Assembly (NCBI GenBank): GCA_038064255.1
Contig: JBBTTM010000013.1
Span: 1-38,003 of the forward strand
Length of the DNA stretch: 38,003 nucleotides
Direction of reading: 5' to 3'
Source of the DNA: Patescibacteria group bacterium
Lineage (GTDB): Bacteria > Patescibacteriota > Microgenomatia > UBA10105 > UBA927
Shown: in pieces, positions 1 through 9,275 of the stretch
Numbering within the stretch: the first letter of the stretch is position 1
Layout of the letters: each line of letters begins with the position of its first letter
Notes under the pieces: generated by a model
The model's input: only the letters and a program-made list of their open reading frames with translations
Database searches by the model: none
What the model was told of the DNA's origin: nothing
Program-made: the position numbers and the translations under genes

Positions 1-1
1 T

Positions 2-868
2 AGCGCAGCCGAAGCAAAATCTTCCCATCCGTTAAGCATGGCTATCCTTGAGGAAGCCAAGCGAAGAAAGATTGCTGTTCCATCAAAGGTAGAAAAATTC
101 AACAACTTGGCCGGTCATGGCGTTGAGGCTGTAGTAAATGGCAAACATGTTCTTGTGGGCACAACCAAGCTCATGAATGACTGGAACGTAGATATGACAC
201 CCATACAATCAGATATCGACAGGCTATTAACTGAAGGGAAAACAATAATGATTTTAGCAGTAGATAAAAAGGTTGCAGGTGTAGCAGCAGCGTCAGACCC
301 GATTAAGGCAAACGCAAAAATTGCTATTTTGAGAATGAAAGAAATGGGACTAGAAATTGCGATGATTACCGGAGACAACAAAAAGACTGCCGAAACAATT
401 GGTAAGGAACTCGGAATCGATAGAATTTTTTCTGAAGTACTTCCGGAGGATAAAGCATCCTATGTTAAAAAGTTACAGTCTGAGGGTAAGTTTACAGCTA
501 TGGTCGGTGACGGAGTAAATGACGCTCCGGCTCTGGCTCAAGCAGATATAGGTATTGCCATAGGCGCAGGGACGGATGTTGCGATTGAAACCGCCAATGT
601 CGTCCTCATGAAATCTGATCCTCTCGATATTCTTCGGGCAATAGTGCTTAGTAAAGCAACCGTCAGAAAAATGAAGGAAAATTTAGTATGGGCAAGTGTC
701 TATAATCTTTTGGCCATACCTATCGCCGCTGGGGTATTATATCCGAAATTTGGCATAACATTGCGTCCGGAATTTTCGGCACTTTTAATGTCCGCTTCAT
801 CTATTATCGTGGCCGTCAACGCAGTGCTACTCAAAAGAGTAGAAAAAAGTCTGATTGCAGGCCGATAA
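2..868 (+). CDS. Heavy-metal (copper-type) P1B ATPase, C-terminal ~289 aa; the 5' end lies outside the window
   Basis: Frame 2 is open from base 2 (SAAEAKSSHPLSMAILEEA, the SEHPL-type nucleotide-domain motif), so the ATG at 38 is internal. Also present: ITGDN, the [21 protein letters not shown] hinge, NLVWASVYNLLAIP (NX6YNX4P) and MSASSIIVAVN TM motifs. Confidence 0.9.
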   Translation, partial: SAAEAKSSHPLSMAILEEAKRRKIAVPSKVEKFNNLAGHGVEAVVNGKHVLVGTTKLMNDWNVDMTPIQSDIDRLLTEGKTIMILAVDKKVAGVAAASDPIKANAKIAILRMKEMGLEIAMITGDNKKTAETIGKELGIDRIFSEVLPEDKASYVKKLQSEGKFTAMVGDGVNDAPALAQADIGIAIGAGTDVAIETANVVLMKSDPLDILRAIVLSKATVRKMKENLVWASVYNLLAIPIAAGVLYPKFGITLRPEFSALLMSASSIIVAVNAVLLKRVEKSLIAGR

Positions 869-911
869 TCTTAATCAAATCTTAATACGGTGTCTTATAC
901 ACTATTGAAAT

Positions 912-2717
912 ATGAATACCCAAAAGGTTTATATAAAAGGCATGCACTGCAGATCGTGCGAAATTTTGATAGAGGACGAACTGAAAAAAGTGCGGGGTGT
1001 AAATCGGGTATCCGTAAATCATCAGACTGGAGTTGCGGATGTGGAGTGTGAATGTGAACTGGACGGACAGGAAGTTGCCAGTGCGGTGGAAAGTGCCGGC
1101 TACAGCATAGGTCAGGATGGGAAAATTCATTTATTTTCTCGTAACCATAGGGATTATATAGATTTAGGCATCGCGTTTTTTATCGCAACGGCATTATTTT
1201 TAATGGCAAAGACCCTCGGAATTTTTAACTTGAGTAGTACCATTTCCGGTAGTTATTCCAGCCTACCGATTGTCTTTTTGATCGGTGTAACTGCCGGCGT
1301 ATCTACGTGCATGGCGATGGTGGGAGGTTTAGTTCTTGGAGCATCTGCACGTTTTTCGGCGCAAAATCCACATGCAACCAACCTGGAAAAATTCAAGCCT
1401 CATGTATTTTTTAACCTTGGACGTATCGCATCATATGTTGTTCTTGGAGGGCTTATTGGCTATGCCGGATCTCTATTTCAGCTTTCGACTTCAGTACTAG
1501 GAACGCTCACTGTTGCTGTTGGTTTAGTTATGCTGCTTCTTGGCGGACAGTTGATAGACATTTTTCCTGTTTTGAAGAAGATTTCATTTACACTCCCAAA
1601 GGGGATTCATCGAATGCTTGGTATACAGGAAAAATCGGAAGATCAATATAGCAATAAAAATGCGGCTCTTATGGGAGCTATGACCTTTTTTCTTCCCTGT
1701 GGATTTACTCAGGCCATGCAGCTATACGCCATGAGTACCGGTAGTCCTCTCACCGGTGCTTTGACTATGGGTGTTTTTGCACTTGGTACAGCACCGGGGC
1801 TTCTGGGTGTAGGAGGATTGACGTCGGTTATAAAAGGTGGTACAGCAAAGTTATTTTTTAAGACCGCAGGTGTTGTCGTTATTTCACTTGCATTTTTTAA
1901 TGTCTCAAACGGCCTGAATCTACTCGGTGTTCCTCAAGTGCTTGCAGCGCTTACTTCAAATACTTCAGCGCTAAGCCCTAGTCAGGATCCAAATGTGTCA
2001 CTGGAAAATGGTGTTCAGGTTGTCCGCATGACACAAGGATCTTCCGGATATTCTCCCAACAAGTTTACGATTAAAAAAGGTGTTCCTGTCAGATGGATTG
2101 TGACATCAAAAGATATTTATTCATGTGCGAGCAGCATTGTCTCCCAGGAACTCGGCATCCGCAAGGGATTGGAGCTTGGCGAAAATATATTTGAATTTAC
2201 CCCTGTAAAAACAGGTACGATCCGTTTCTCATGTGTTATGGGAATGTACAACGGTTCTTTTGCCGTCGTAGATGAAAATACTACCGCAACAGTTCCCTCA
2301 GCTCTCAGGGCAGATACAACCCAAGGAGCAAATACCGGCGCATCGTCTTGCGGTGCAGGTGGTGGAGGATGCGGATGCGGAGGCGGAAAAGCAGCTGCGC
2401 AAAATATCAATCAAATAGCCGGAGAGACCATTGAGCAGGGAAATGTTCAAGTAATACAGGCCACATATACCTCACTCGGAGATATATCTCCAAATCGTTT
2501 TACAGTGAACGCAAAACAACCGGTACGGTTTGAAATTGAGGCAAAAGAAGATGGGCAAGGATGCATGGGGAGTGTGACAATTCCAAGTCTTTCAAAAAAA
2601 GTTGAAGTGTTTACAAAAGGACAAACGGTTGTCTTTGAATTTACCCCGACCATTGCAGGAACGTATAATATTACCTGCGCCATGGGAATTCCGAGAGGTC
2701 AGATACGGGTAAACTAA
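912..2717 (+). CDS. Fusion protein: N-terminal HMA metal-binding domain, ~6-TM DsbD_2/TauE-like membrane domain, and two C-terminal cupredoxin-like domains
   Basis: GMHCRSCE HMA motif at the N-terminus. Hydrophobic core from about aa 90 to 330 includes a FFLPCGFTQAMQ segment. Two homologous ~90-aa beta-rich repeats (VQVVRMTQ...FSCVMGMYNG and VQVIQATY...ITCAMGIPRG) are joined by a Gly/Cys linker. Lies in a copper gene context. Confidence 0.75.
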   Translation: MNTQKVYIKGMHCRSCEILIEDELKKVRGVNRVSVNHQTGVADVECECELDGQEVASAVESAGYSIGQDGKIHLFSRNHRDYIDLGIAFFIATALFLMAKTLGIFNLSSTISGSYSSLPIVFLIGVTAGVSTCMAMVGGLVLGASARFSAQNPHATNLEKFKPHVFFNLGRIASYVVLGGLIGYAGSLFQLSTSVLGTLTVAVGLVMLLLGGQLIDIFPVLKKISFTLPKGIHRMLGIQEKSEDQYSNKNAALMGAMTFFLPCGFTQAMQLYAMSTGSPLTGALTMGVFALGTAPGLLGVGGLTSVIKGGTAKLFFKTAGVVVISLAFFNVSNGLNLLGVPQVLAALTSNTSALSPSQDPNVSLENGVQVVRMTQGSSGYSPNKFTIKKGVPVRWIVTSKDIYSCASSIVSQELGIRKGLELGENIFEFTPVKTGTIRFSCVMGMYNGSFAVVDENTTATVPSALRADTTQGANTGASSCGAGGGGCGCGGGKAAAQNINQIAGETIEQGNVQVIQATYTSLGDISPNRFTVNAKQPVRFEIEAKEDGQGCMGSVTIPSLSKKVEVFTKGQTVVFEFTPTIAGTYNITCAMGIPRGQIRVN

Positions 2718-2729
2718 AAGGAGAATACT

Positions 2730-2936
2730 ATGCAAACACAAACAGTGACATTGTCGGGATTAACGTGCCCCGCTTGTAAAAAAATTACCGAGAAAAAAAT
2801 CGGAGGGATAAGCGATGTTAAAAGTGTTGAAGTGGTCGTAAATTCAGGAATTGCTACACTGTGTGCCGATAGAGAAATATCGAAGTTTGAAATTGAAGAG
2901 GTATTAAGAGATACGCCATATAAAATTATTGTGTAA
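2730..2936 (+). CDS. copZ: Small HMA-domain metallochaperone (CopZ-like)
   Basis: 68 aa with GLTCPACK (the CxxC of the HMA fold). AAAGGAG Shine-Dalgarno 8 nt upstream. Sits directly before copA. Confidence 0.85.
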   Translation: MQTQTVTLSGLTCPACKKITEKKIGGISDVKSVEVVVNSGIATLCADREISKFEIEEVLRDTPYKIIV

Positions 2937-2947
2937 AGGAAAATCAT

Positions 2948-5800
2948 ATGAATGAGCGGATTGATACGCTTGATACACTCAGTATCAACCCTGAGCAAAG
3001 TCGAAGGGTTGAACTAAAAATAAATGGAATGCATTGTCAGTCCTGTGAGATGCTCATAAAAGACGAACTTTCTGCGCTTACCGGGCTTACGGATATTTTT
3101 ATCGATCATAAAACCGGTTCCGGATCACTCGTGGCCACGGATGGTCAGATTTCAGATTCAGTAATACTTGACTCGATAAAGAGTGCTGGCTATCAAGGAT
3201 CGATAGTGCAAACCAATCAAACGAGTAATGGTTTTTCAAAAATTCCATTTGTAAAAGAGACCTCGCCTCTGCAGTCCTTCATTTTTCCGAAAGAAATTGA
3301 ACTTGAAGGAAAAATAGGGAAAAATGAGAATGGGGAACTCATTATTAGAGGAAAATTGCGTTTCGGTTCAGAAGCAAATAATGATCTTCAATCGGTAAGT
3401 AATCATATACAAGCAAAGCCGGATCAACAAATTCAAAGCTCGAAATCAGAACGAACGAGCTTGGTTATTTCCGGCATGCATTGTTCATCCTGTGCATCTA
3501 TTATTGAACGTCAATTGAAAAAAGTTCCGGGAGTTACTGAGGCCCGAGTGAACTTTGCGGCAGAAAAAGCGTCTATACTCTACGATACTGGTATCGCGTC
3601 GTCAGCAGACCTCATACAGGCAGTTGAAAAAGCCGGATACAAAGCTATGCCTGCCGATTCAGAAGATTCAAAGGCGCAGGCAAAAAGACAGCAATCGGAA
3701 ATATCCCACCAGTGGAATAAGTTTTTATTTAGTCTTATCCTGTCGTCTCCCATGATTTATTTTATGCTTCTGGATTTTTTCAGTTTTCTTCCCGGGGCAA
3801 AGACGCTATTACCCTATATTGGCATTGTCTCTTTTGTTCTTGCTACTCCGGTTCAATTTATCACCGGTTCTAGTTTTTATAAAGGCATGGTATCGGCTCT
3901 GAAGATGCGCACTTTTAACATGGATAGTCTTATCGCCATCGGTACGTCGGTTGCATTTTTTTATAGTGCAATCAATTTTATCCAATATTTTCTAACGACG
4001 AAATCAATATTTGGATTAAATGGAGCAAAGATTCCTGAATTATACTTTGAGACAGCAGCATTTCTCATAACATTTGTTATTTTAGGCAAATTTCTGGAAG
4101 CCAAAGCCAAAGGGAGAACAGGAGAGGCGATAAAAAAACTCATGGGGCTTCAAGCGAAAACCGCTAGGGTCGTAAGAAACGGACAAACAATGGATATTCC
4201 TATCGAAGAGGTAGTAAAAAACGATATTATCGTTGTCCGACCAGGGGAAAAAGTTCCTGTCGACGGTGTTATCGTCAAAGGCTCATCTTCAGTAGATGAA
4301 TCCATGATTACCGGAGAAAGTTTACCGGTAGAGAAGCATGTCGAAGACTCAGTCATCGGTGGCACAATAAATAAAGTTGGAAGTTTTGAATTTATGGCTA
4401 CGAGAGTTGGAAACGAGACGACTCTCTCCCAGATTATTCGGCTTGTCGAAGATGCCCAAGGGTCCAAGGCTCCCATCCAGGCTGTGGCTGATAGAATTTC
4501 TGCGTATTTTGTACCAGCGGTCATAGTGATCGCAGCGCTTACGTTTGTCGTGTGGTTTTTTGTACTCGGGTCTTCTCTTTCATTCGCCCTCATGGCATTT
4601 ACCGCAGTCATCGTTATTGCCTGTCCGTGTGCACTCGGTCTTGCAACTCCTACGGCGATTATGGTTGGCACCGGAGTTGGGGCAGAAAATGGCATATTGA
4701 TCAAGGGTGGAGAGCCTTTGGAAAGTGCAAGTACGATAAATACAATTGTGTTTGATAAAACAGGCACTATTACCAAGGGAAAGCCTGAAGTCACGGATAT
4801 AGAAGATATAGGAAATCTAGATGAGGACGAGGTATTGGCACTTTCTGCAAGCCTTGAAAAACAATCAGAACATCCTCTTGCCGAAGCAATCTGCTCGTAT
4901 GCCGATGAGGAAGGCGTACATTTATTTGAGGTTGAAGGATTTTCAGCTATCCCAGGACATGGAGTAAAAGGGATTATAGAAAAGAAAGAGTATTATTTTG
5001 GGAATAGGAAACTGATGAAGGATACTCTCGGTCACGATATGAATAAAATAGAGCGAAAAATGATACGACTGGAGGAACAGGGAAAAACGGCTATGATCTT
5101 AGCATCAAAAGAGAGCGTGTTGGGTATTATCGCTGTTGCAGATACGGTAAAAGAATCGTCACGGGAGGCGGTAGAAATGCTACAGAAAAAAGGCATTGAA
5201 GTATGGATGATTACCGGTGACAATATGAGAACAGCCAAAGCGATAGCATCTCAGGTTGGAATTGAAAAGGTATTAGCTGAGGTGTTACCGCAGGATAAAG
5301 CCAATGAAGTGAAAAAGCTTCAAGACGCTGGGAAAAAGGTGGCCATGGTGGGAGATGGTATAAACGATGCTCCGGCTCTGGCTCAGGCAGACCTTGGTAT
5401 TGCCATGGGATCCGGCACTGATGTTGCTATGGAAACCGGTGGGATAGTTATCATAAAAAATGATCTTCGGGATGTCGTACACGCGCTTGATCTGTCCAAG
5501 ACCACGGTACAAAAAATTCAACAGAATATGTTTTTTGCCCTGTTTTATAATGTCATCGGTATTCCGATAGCAGCCCGTATTTTTGCAGGTATTGGACTAG
5601 TATTAAAGCCGGAGCTTGCGGGTCTTGCCATGGCATTAAGCTCCGTTTCTGTAGTGAGTAATTCGCTTCTGCTTCGAAGGTATAAGCCGGGGAAGAAAAA
5701 CTATCTATCTATGTTTGCGCCGGTCATCATGATGGTAGCGTTTACGCTATTGTTTATTGAGTTTGCGCGGTTTAGTTCCACCATGGCAACTCCCAGGTAA
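2948..5800 (+). CDS. copA: Copper-translocating P1B-1 ATPase with two N-terminal HMA domains
   Basis: GMHCQSCE and [11 protein letters not shown] motifs, [14 protein letters not shown] (CPC), [41 protein letters not shown], and the NX6YNX4P plus MALSS TM motifs. AAGGA SD upstream. Confidence 0.95.
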   Translation: MNERIDTLDTLSINPEQSRRVELKINGMHCQSCEMLIKDELSALTGLTDIFIDHKTGSGSLVATDGQISDSVILDSIKSAGYQGSIVQTNQTSNGFSKIPFVKETSPLQSFIFPKEIELEGKIGKNENGELIIRGKLRFGSEANNDLQSVSNHIQAKPDQQIQSSKSERTSLVISGMHCSSCASIIERQLKKVPGVTEARVNFAAEKASILYDTGIASSADLIQAVEKAGYKAMPADSEDSKAQAKRQQSEISHQWNKFLFSLILSSPMIYFMLLDFFSFLPGAKTLLPYIGIVSFVLATPVQFITGSSFYKGMVSALKMRTFNMDSLIAIGTSVAFFYSAINFIQYFLTTKSIFGLNGAKIPELYFETAAFLITFVILGKFLEAKAKGRTGEAIKKLMGLQAKTARVVRNGQTMDIPIEEVVKNDIIVVRPGEKVPVDGVIVKGSSSVDESMITGESLPVEKHVEDSVIGGTINKVGSFEFMATRVGNETTLSQIIRLVEDAQGSKAPIQAVADRISAYFVPAVIVIAALTFVVWFFVLGSSLSFALMAFTAVIVIACPCALGLATPTAIMVGTGVGAENGILIKGGEPLESASTINTIVFDKTGTITKGKPEVTDIEDIGNLDEDEVLALSASLEKQSEHPLAEAICSYADEEGVHLFEVEGFSAIPGHGVKGIIEKKEYYFGNRKLMKDTLGHDMNKIERKMIRLEEQGKTAMILASKESVLGIIAVADTVKESSREAVEMLQKKGIEVWMITGDNMRTAKAIASQVGIEKVLAEVLPQDKANEVKKLQDAGKKVAMVGDGINDAPALAQADLGIAMGSGTDVAMETGGIVIIKNDLRDVVHALDLSKTTVQKIQQNMFFALFYNVIGIPIAARIFAGIGLVLKPELAGLAMALSSVSVVSNSLLLRRYKPGKKNYLSMFAPVIMMVAFTLLFIEFARFSSTMATPR

Positions 5801-5912
5801 AATTTTGGAGATTAGTACTTATCTCAAAATCTCGAAAATCTCTACTGTTCGAACGGAGTGAGAACTTCTCTCCGTCAACTGGCGGATCGAAGAATAGATT
5901 GAGAGATGGGTT

Positions 5913-7088
5913 CTAATGCGATTTCCATGATTGTATTTCTTTTACGGATTTTATTTCTGTTGAATTTTTGAGTATTTTTTCCCGCCACGCCTGAGTCTTT
6001 GCAATTGACTCGATTCTTGAGTCTAGTAGTAATTCTCGTTGTTTACCATTTTTGTCTCTATGAATAATGCAAACATACTCATCATCCCATATACCAAAAT
6101 CTTCCTCAGTTTCCAGTGTTTTATACACTTTGCTTGAAATAAAATGAACTTTGATTCCGGATTTTAGATCTAGTTGAATTTGTAATTGTAAAACTTTTCG
6201 ATCTAAATCTTTAATATCTTTTATTATGAAAGTCCGGATGAAATTGACTCCTCGTTGAGCTGCTTTTCTTCCATCAGTAAAATACATGTCATTTGGATTC
6301 CAATCTTCCGCATCTGAGGGAAATGTCGCAAAACCTGTTTTACTGATATTCATAAAGTGAAAACGCCCTTCGTCGTTTCCTTCTTCGGGGCTGATGTGAA
6401 TAAATTTATTTGTCGAATGTATGATATTTTGTGCTATAGAATCCTTGGTTCTATTTAAGACAAAATGTTGATAAAGGTTAAGATCAAGTCTTGTTATACA
6501 TAGGTCAAAAACTAATGGAAATTCGTTTAAATTTACATCGGCATTTAAATGTCCAGCCCGTTTTACCATGATCGGTGAGCTTTCCATGACTTTTGCAAAA
6601 TGAAGTGCACGGCGGGGTTCGATGTATGGGTCTGTGTCAGAATAAAGTACGTAAGATGTGGGAGCTTGTTTTACAAGGGTCGTAAAGTCAAAATCAGTTT
6701 TATAAAATGTAGTGTTTACACTGTCATATTGCCATGGTACGAGTCCAAGTTTATCCAAACATGGAGAGACAAAAATTGCACAGTCAAGTTTTATTTTGTG
6801 TTTCGATAGGACATGAAGAATAAATACGTTTCCGAGTGAATGACCTATGAAGCATATTTTTTTGGAAGAAGAGAGATGCGGGAGCACCTCTTTTTCAAAT
6901 GTCTTCATCCATGAGTTCAGGCTTTGAATCGTTTTGGCATTCGGATCATTGGCTATCTTGTTGTACTCATCTACCGGATACTGGGGACAGAATACTTCCT
7001 GTCCCATGCTCGTCAATTTGCGGGAGAGATCAGGAAACCAATTTCCGTCTTTTGAGCCGAGAGATCCATGAAAAATAACAAATTGCAT
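5913..7088 (-). CDS. YdeN/RBBP9-like serine hydrolase (alpha/beta fold) fused to a ~190-aa C-terminal domain of unknown function
   Basis: N-terminal half has FHGSLGSKDGNWFP, the nucleophile elbow GHSLGN and AGHLN. From about LNLYQHF onward I recognise no motif. Confidence 0.7.
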   Translation of the reverse strand: MQFVIFHGSLGSKDGNWFPDLSRKLTSMGQEVFCPQYPVDEYNKIANDPNAKTIQSLNSWMKTFEKEVLPHLSSSKKICFIGHSLGNVFILHVLSKHKIKLDCAIFVSPCLDKLGLVPWQYDSVNTTFYKTDFDFTTLVKQAPTSYVLYSDTDPYIEPRRALHFAKVMESSPIMVKRAGHLNADVNLNEFPLVFDLCITRLDLNLYQHFVLNRTKDSIAQNIIHSTNKFIHISPEEGNDEGRFHFMNISKTGFATFPSDAEDWNPNDMYFTDGRKAAQRGVNFIRTFIIKDIKDLDRKVLQLQIQLDLKSGIKVHFISSKVYKTLETEEDFGIWDDEYVCIIHRDKNGKQRELLLDSRIESIAKTQAWREKILKNSTEIKSVKEIQSWKSH

Positions 7089-7143
7089 ATTTTTTCTCCC
7101 TGTGAGCTGATTTTAGTATATTTTGAATAAATATCAAACAATT

Positions 7144-8187
7144 TTAGTTATTTAGATATTTTTTATAAAACTCGACAGTTCGTTGCATGGCTATAGAAAA
7201 GCTTGAATCTATGATATTGTGCCCACCGTAGTCGTATTCAAATAGCTCATGGGGGATAGATGTTTTGTCTAAGTAGGACATGAGATTTCTACTGTAACGA
7301 ATATCTACGACCGTATCATCTTTGGCATGATGAATCTGAATAGCTCCTTTTATATCGTTTAGGAAGCTTGTGGGTGCGACGCTTTTCCAAAATGCACTTT
7401 CGGCGCTTGGGCTTCCAACTGTATTAAACATTTCTTGCCTATTGTTCCTTGTTCCGGTTCTCGCTTGCGCTGGGCGATAGCTCTGATCATTTATCTCGTA
7501 CTCTCGCTGATCCGTATACGTATATACAGCTCCTGCCCAGCCGACGACCGCGGGTATGGTCGGTTTTACCGCCATGCTTCTCATCACGGTATTTCCCGCC
7601 ATGCTGTGACCCCAGAGGCCAATATTTTTTTTATTTACAAAGCCAGAGGTTTCGAGCGCTGAATGCGCATTGAGTGTATCGGTTACGTAATCTGCCCCAA
7701 AGTATCCGCCGCCTGGTTCTCCTTCGGAATCTCCATGACCCCGGAGGTCGATTTTAAATACCACAAATCCGTTTTGTGCAAGATAATCCACATAATCCTC
7801 GTACTTTTCAAGTGTTATGTATGTTGTTGGGGCGATATATCCATGGACAAAAACGATAGCCGGAAAACCGCCCTCGGGAATTGGCCCAGTTGGTTTTGTG
7901 AGAAGTCCGTTTATCTTCAGTCTGTCAGATATGTAGCTTGTAAGATGGGAAGTGTAATTTGGGTGTTGAGCCACCTCCTTGAGCTCACCGAGTTTGCTCT
8001 TATATTCTTTTTTTCGAAGGTATGGAATGGTGATTTCTTCATAGGGCGATGGTTGCAAGATCGATGATTCTGAGGCTTTCTGGATTACGTCAGTGAGCGG
8101 GGTTTTGTATTTCAAATTTTGATTGGAAATAAAGACTATACCGAAAAATATGAATATGCCAATGAGTATCAATATTTTTTTCTTCAT
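7144..8187 (-). CDS. Membrane-anchored alpha/beta hydrolase (S9 / dienelactone-hydrolase-like)
   Basis: N-terminal TM (ILILIGIFIFFGIVFI), VFVHGY, nucleophile elbow GLWGHSMAG, HAKDDTVV (acid) and GGHN (His). Confidence 0.8.
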   Translation of the reverse strand: MKKKILILIGIFIFFGIVFISNQNLKYKTPLTDVIQKASESSILQPSPYEEITIPYLRKKEYKSKLGELKEVAQHPNYTSHLTSYISDRLKINGLLTKPTGPIPEGGFPAIVFVHGYIAPTTYITLEKYEDYVDYLAQNGFVVFKIDLRGHGDSEGEPGGGYFGADYVTDTLNAHSALETSGFVNKKNIGLWGHSMAGNTVMRSMAVKPTIPAVVGWAGAVYTYTDQREYEINDQSYRPAQARTGTRNNRQEMFNTVGSPSAESAFWKSVAPTSFLNDIKGAIQIHHAKDDTVVDIRYSRNLMSYLDKTSIPHELFEYDYGGHNIIDSSFSIAMQRTVEFYKKYLNN

Positions 8188-8359
8188 AAATCATCTTTTG
8201 ACAAAACACTGATCGATCATGTTTTTGTCAAGGAATGGAAAGAGTATGTACTATTGTACGCTGTGTATGATATTTTACTCACAGCTTCGAAGAGTGTGTC
8301 AATGTTCAGTTCGTGAGATCGAGTCGAATTTACGATATAATAGCAACACATTGAATGTT

Positions 8360-8430
8360 TGCGGGATCGTATAATGGTAGTACGCATCCCTCTGGAGGAT
8401 GTTATCTTGGTTCGAATCCAAGTCCCGCAG
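8360..8430 (+). tRNA. tRNA-Gln (anticodon CUG)
   Basis: Hand-folded cloverleaf: acceptor TGCGGGA/TCCCGCA with U1-A72 and G73, U8, D-stem GTAT/GTAC with a GG loop, anticodon stem CATCC/GGATG with loop CT-CTG-GA, and T-arm CTTGG-TTCGAAT-CCAAG. 71 nt; CCA is not encoded. Confidence 0.85.
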
Positions 8431-8534
8431 CATAGTTCGACAAGCTCACTATTGTGAGGTTGACGAAGTATTGGGGTTTTGGATGAGGAAGTTTACCCTG
8501 AGCGAAGCCGAAGGGAATCCAAGTCCCGCAGCAT
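8414..8534 (+). repeat. Perfect 20-bp direct repeat of the tRNA-Gln 3' end (gaatccaagtcccgcagcat) at 8414-8433 and 8515-8534, bracketing an 81-bp insert
   Basis: Both copies were read directly. The insert carries imperfect inverted ends (ttcgacaagctca ... tgagcgaagccgaa). The second copy overlaps the ATG at 8533 of the next gene. Confidence 0.8.
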
Positions 8535-9132
8535 GATTAGAAAATCTCAAAAAATCAATTGCATTATTGTTCATGGCTGTCCTTCTGATTCCAGTGAAGA
8601 AAAAACTAGGGAATATGCCAAACATTGGATGTCATGGATAAAAAAAGAATTAACCTCAAGAGGAATAGAAACAGAAATTCCCCTCATGCCACAACCTTGG
8701 TTTCCTGACTATGAAGCATACAAGAAGGAGTTCGAGAAATACTCCGTTACAGAATATACAATTCTCATCGGACACTCCTGCGGATGTGCATTCCTGGTTC
8801 GATGGTTGGGAGAGACAAAACGAAAAATAAAAAAGTTAATACTTGTAGCACCCTGGAAAATTAATAATAAACATGACAAATGGCGAAAACTATTTTATGA
8901 ATATCCTATCGACAGGACGATTAAAGAACGTGTAAAAGAAATAGCAATGTTTACGGCGGATAATGAGGAGGAAAACGGCAAAAAAAGTCTGAGCATTTTC
9001 CAAGAAGCACTGGGCGGGAAAATTATAGAACTCAAGGGAATGGGTCATTTTGTTTTTAAAGACATGGGGACTGAAGAATTTCCAGAATTATTGAATGAAG
9101 CGGTTTCAGGTATTAGGATAGAAAGGTTCTAG
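8533..9132 (+). CDS. YdeN/RBBP9-like serine hydrolase (alpha/beta fold)
   Basis: CIIVHGCPS, HWMSWIKKEL, the GHSCGC elbow, LVAPW and GMGHF. I chose ATG 8533 because the ORF-track TTG start at 8479 reads through the repeat DNA (PERSRRESKSRS). Confidence 0.8.
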   Translation: MIRKSQKINCIIVHGCPSDSSEEKTREYAKHWMSWIKKELTSRGIETEIPLMPQPWFPDYEAYKKEFEKYSVTEYTILIGHSCGCAFLVRWLGETKRKIKKLILVAPWKINNKHDKWRKLFYEYPIDRTIKERVKEIAMFTADNEEENGKKSLSIFQEALGGKIIELKGMGHFVFKDMGTEEFPELLNEAVSGIRIERF

Positions 9133-9172
9133 ACCGGCCCGCTCAGCAAATTATTTTTGTTCTATTATCTCT

Positions 9173-9259
9173 ATGTATTGGATTATTTTTGCTGTTTTTG
9201 GGGTTATGGCGTCGACGGTTGCCAATCTATTTCAGAAAATTGCGATGAAGATAATTTAA
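9173..9259 (+). pseudogene. Decayed duplicate of the first ~26 codons of the downstream EamA gene (28-codon ORF MYWIIFAVFGVMASTVANLFQKIAMKII*)
   Basis: 9173-9250 aligns base for base with 9896-9973 (MHWIIFAIFGVIAITVANLFQKIAMK) at roughly 80% identity. Similarity ends at gcgatgaag and a stop follows. Confidence 0.65.
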
Positions 9260-9275
9260 GATATACTAAATTTAT

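Noticed and set aside
912-2717. Type-1 (blue) copper site in the cupredoxin-like repeats.
   Set aside because: Neither repeat contains any histidine, so the canonical His2-Cys-Met ligand set is impossible.
4150-4794. 214-aa ORF on the minus strand inside copA; likewise 115-381, 2117-2410, 2447-2683, 2714-2998, 5032-5238 and 5285-5521.
   Set aside because: These are antisense to strongly supported P-type ATPase, HMA or cupredoxin coding sequence. Their composition is low-complexity with no motifs, typical of shadow ORFs.
5802-5875. Weak hairpins after copA (attttggagat...atctcaaaat and acggag...ctccgt), considered as terminators.
   Set aside because: The stems are short, AT-rich or bulged, and lack a convincing U-tract on either strand. 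The evidence is too weak to annotate.
8479-8532. N-terminal extension MDEEVYPERSRRESKSRS of the hydrolase ORF from a TTG start.
   Set aside because: The extension is a translation of the insert and of the duplicated tRNA 3' end. An ATG at 8533 gives a normal family N-terminus.
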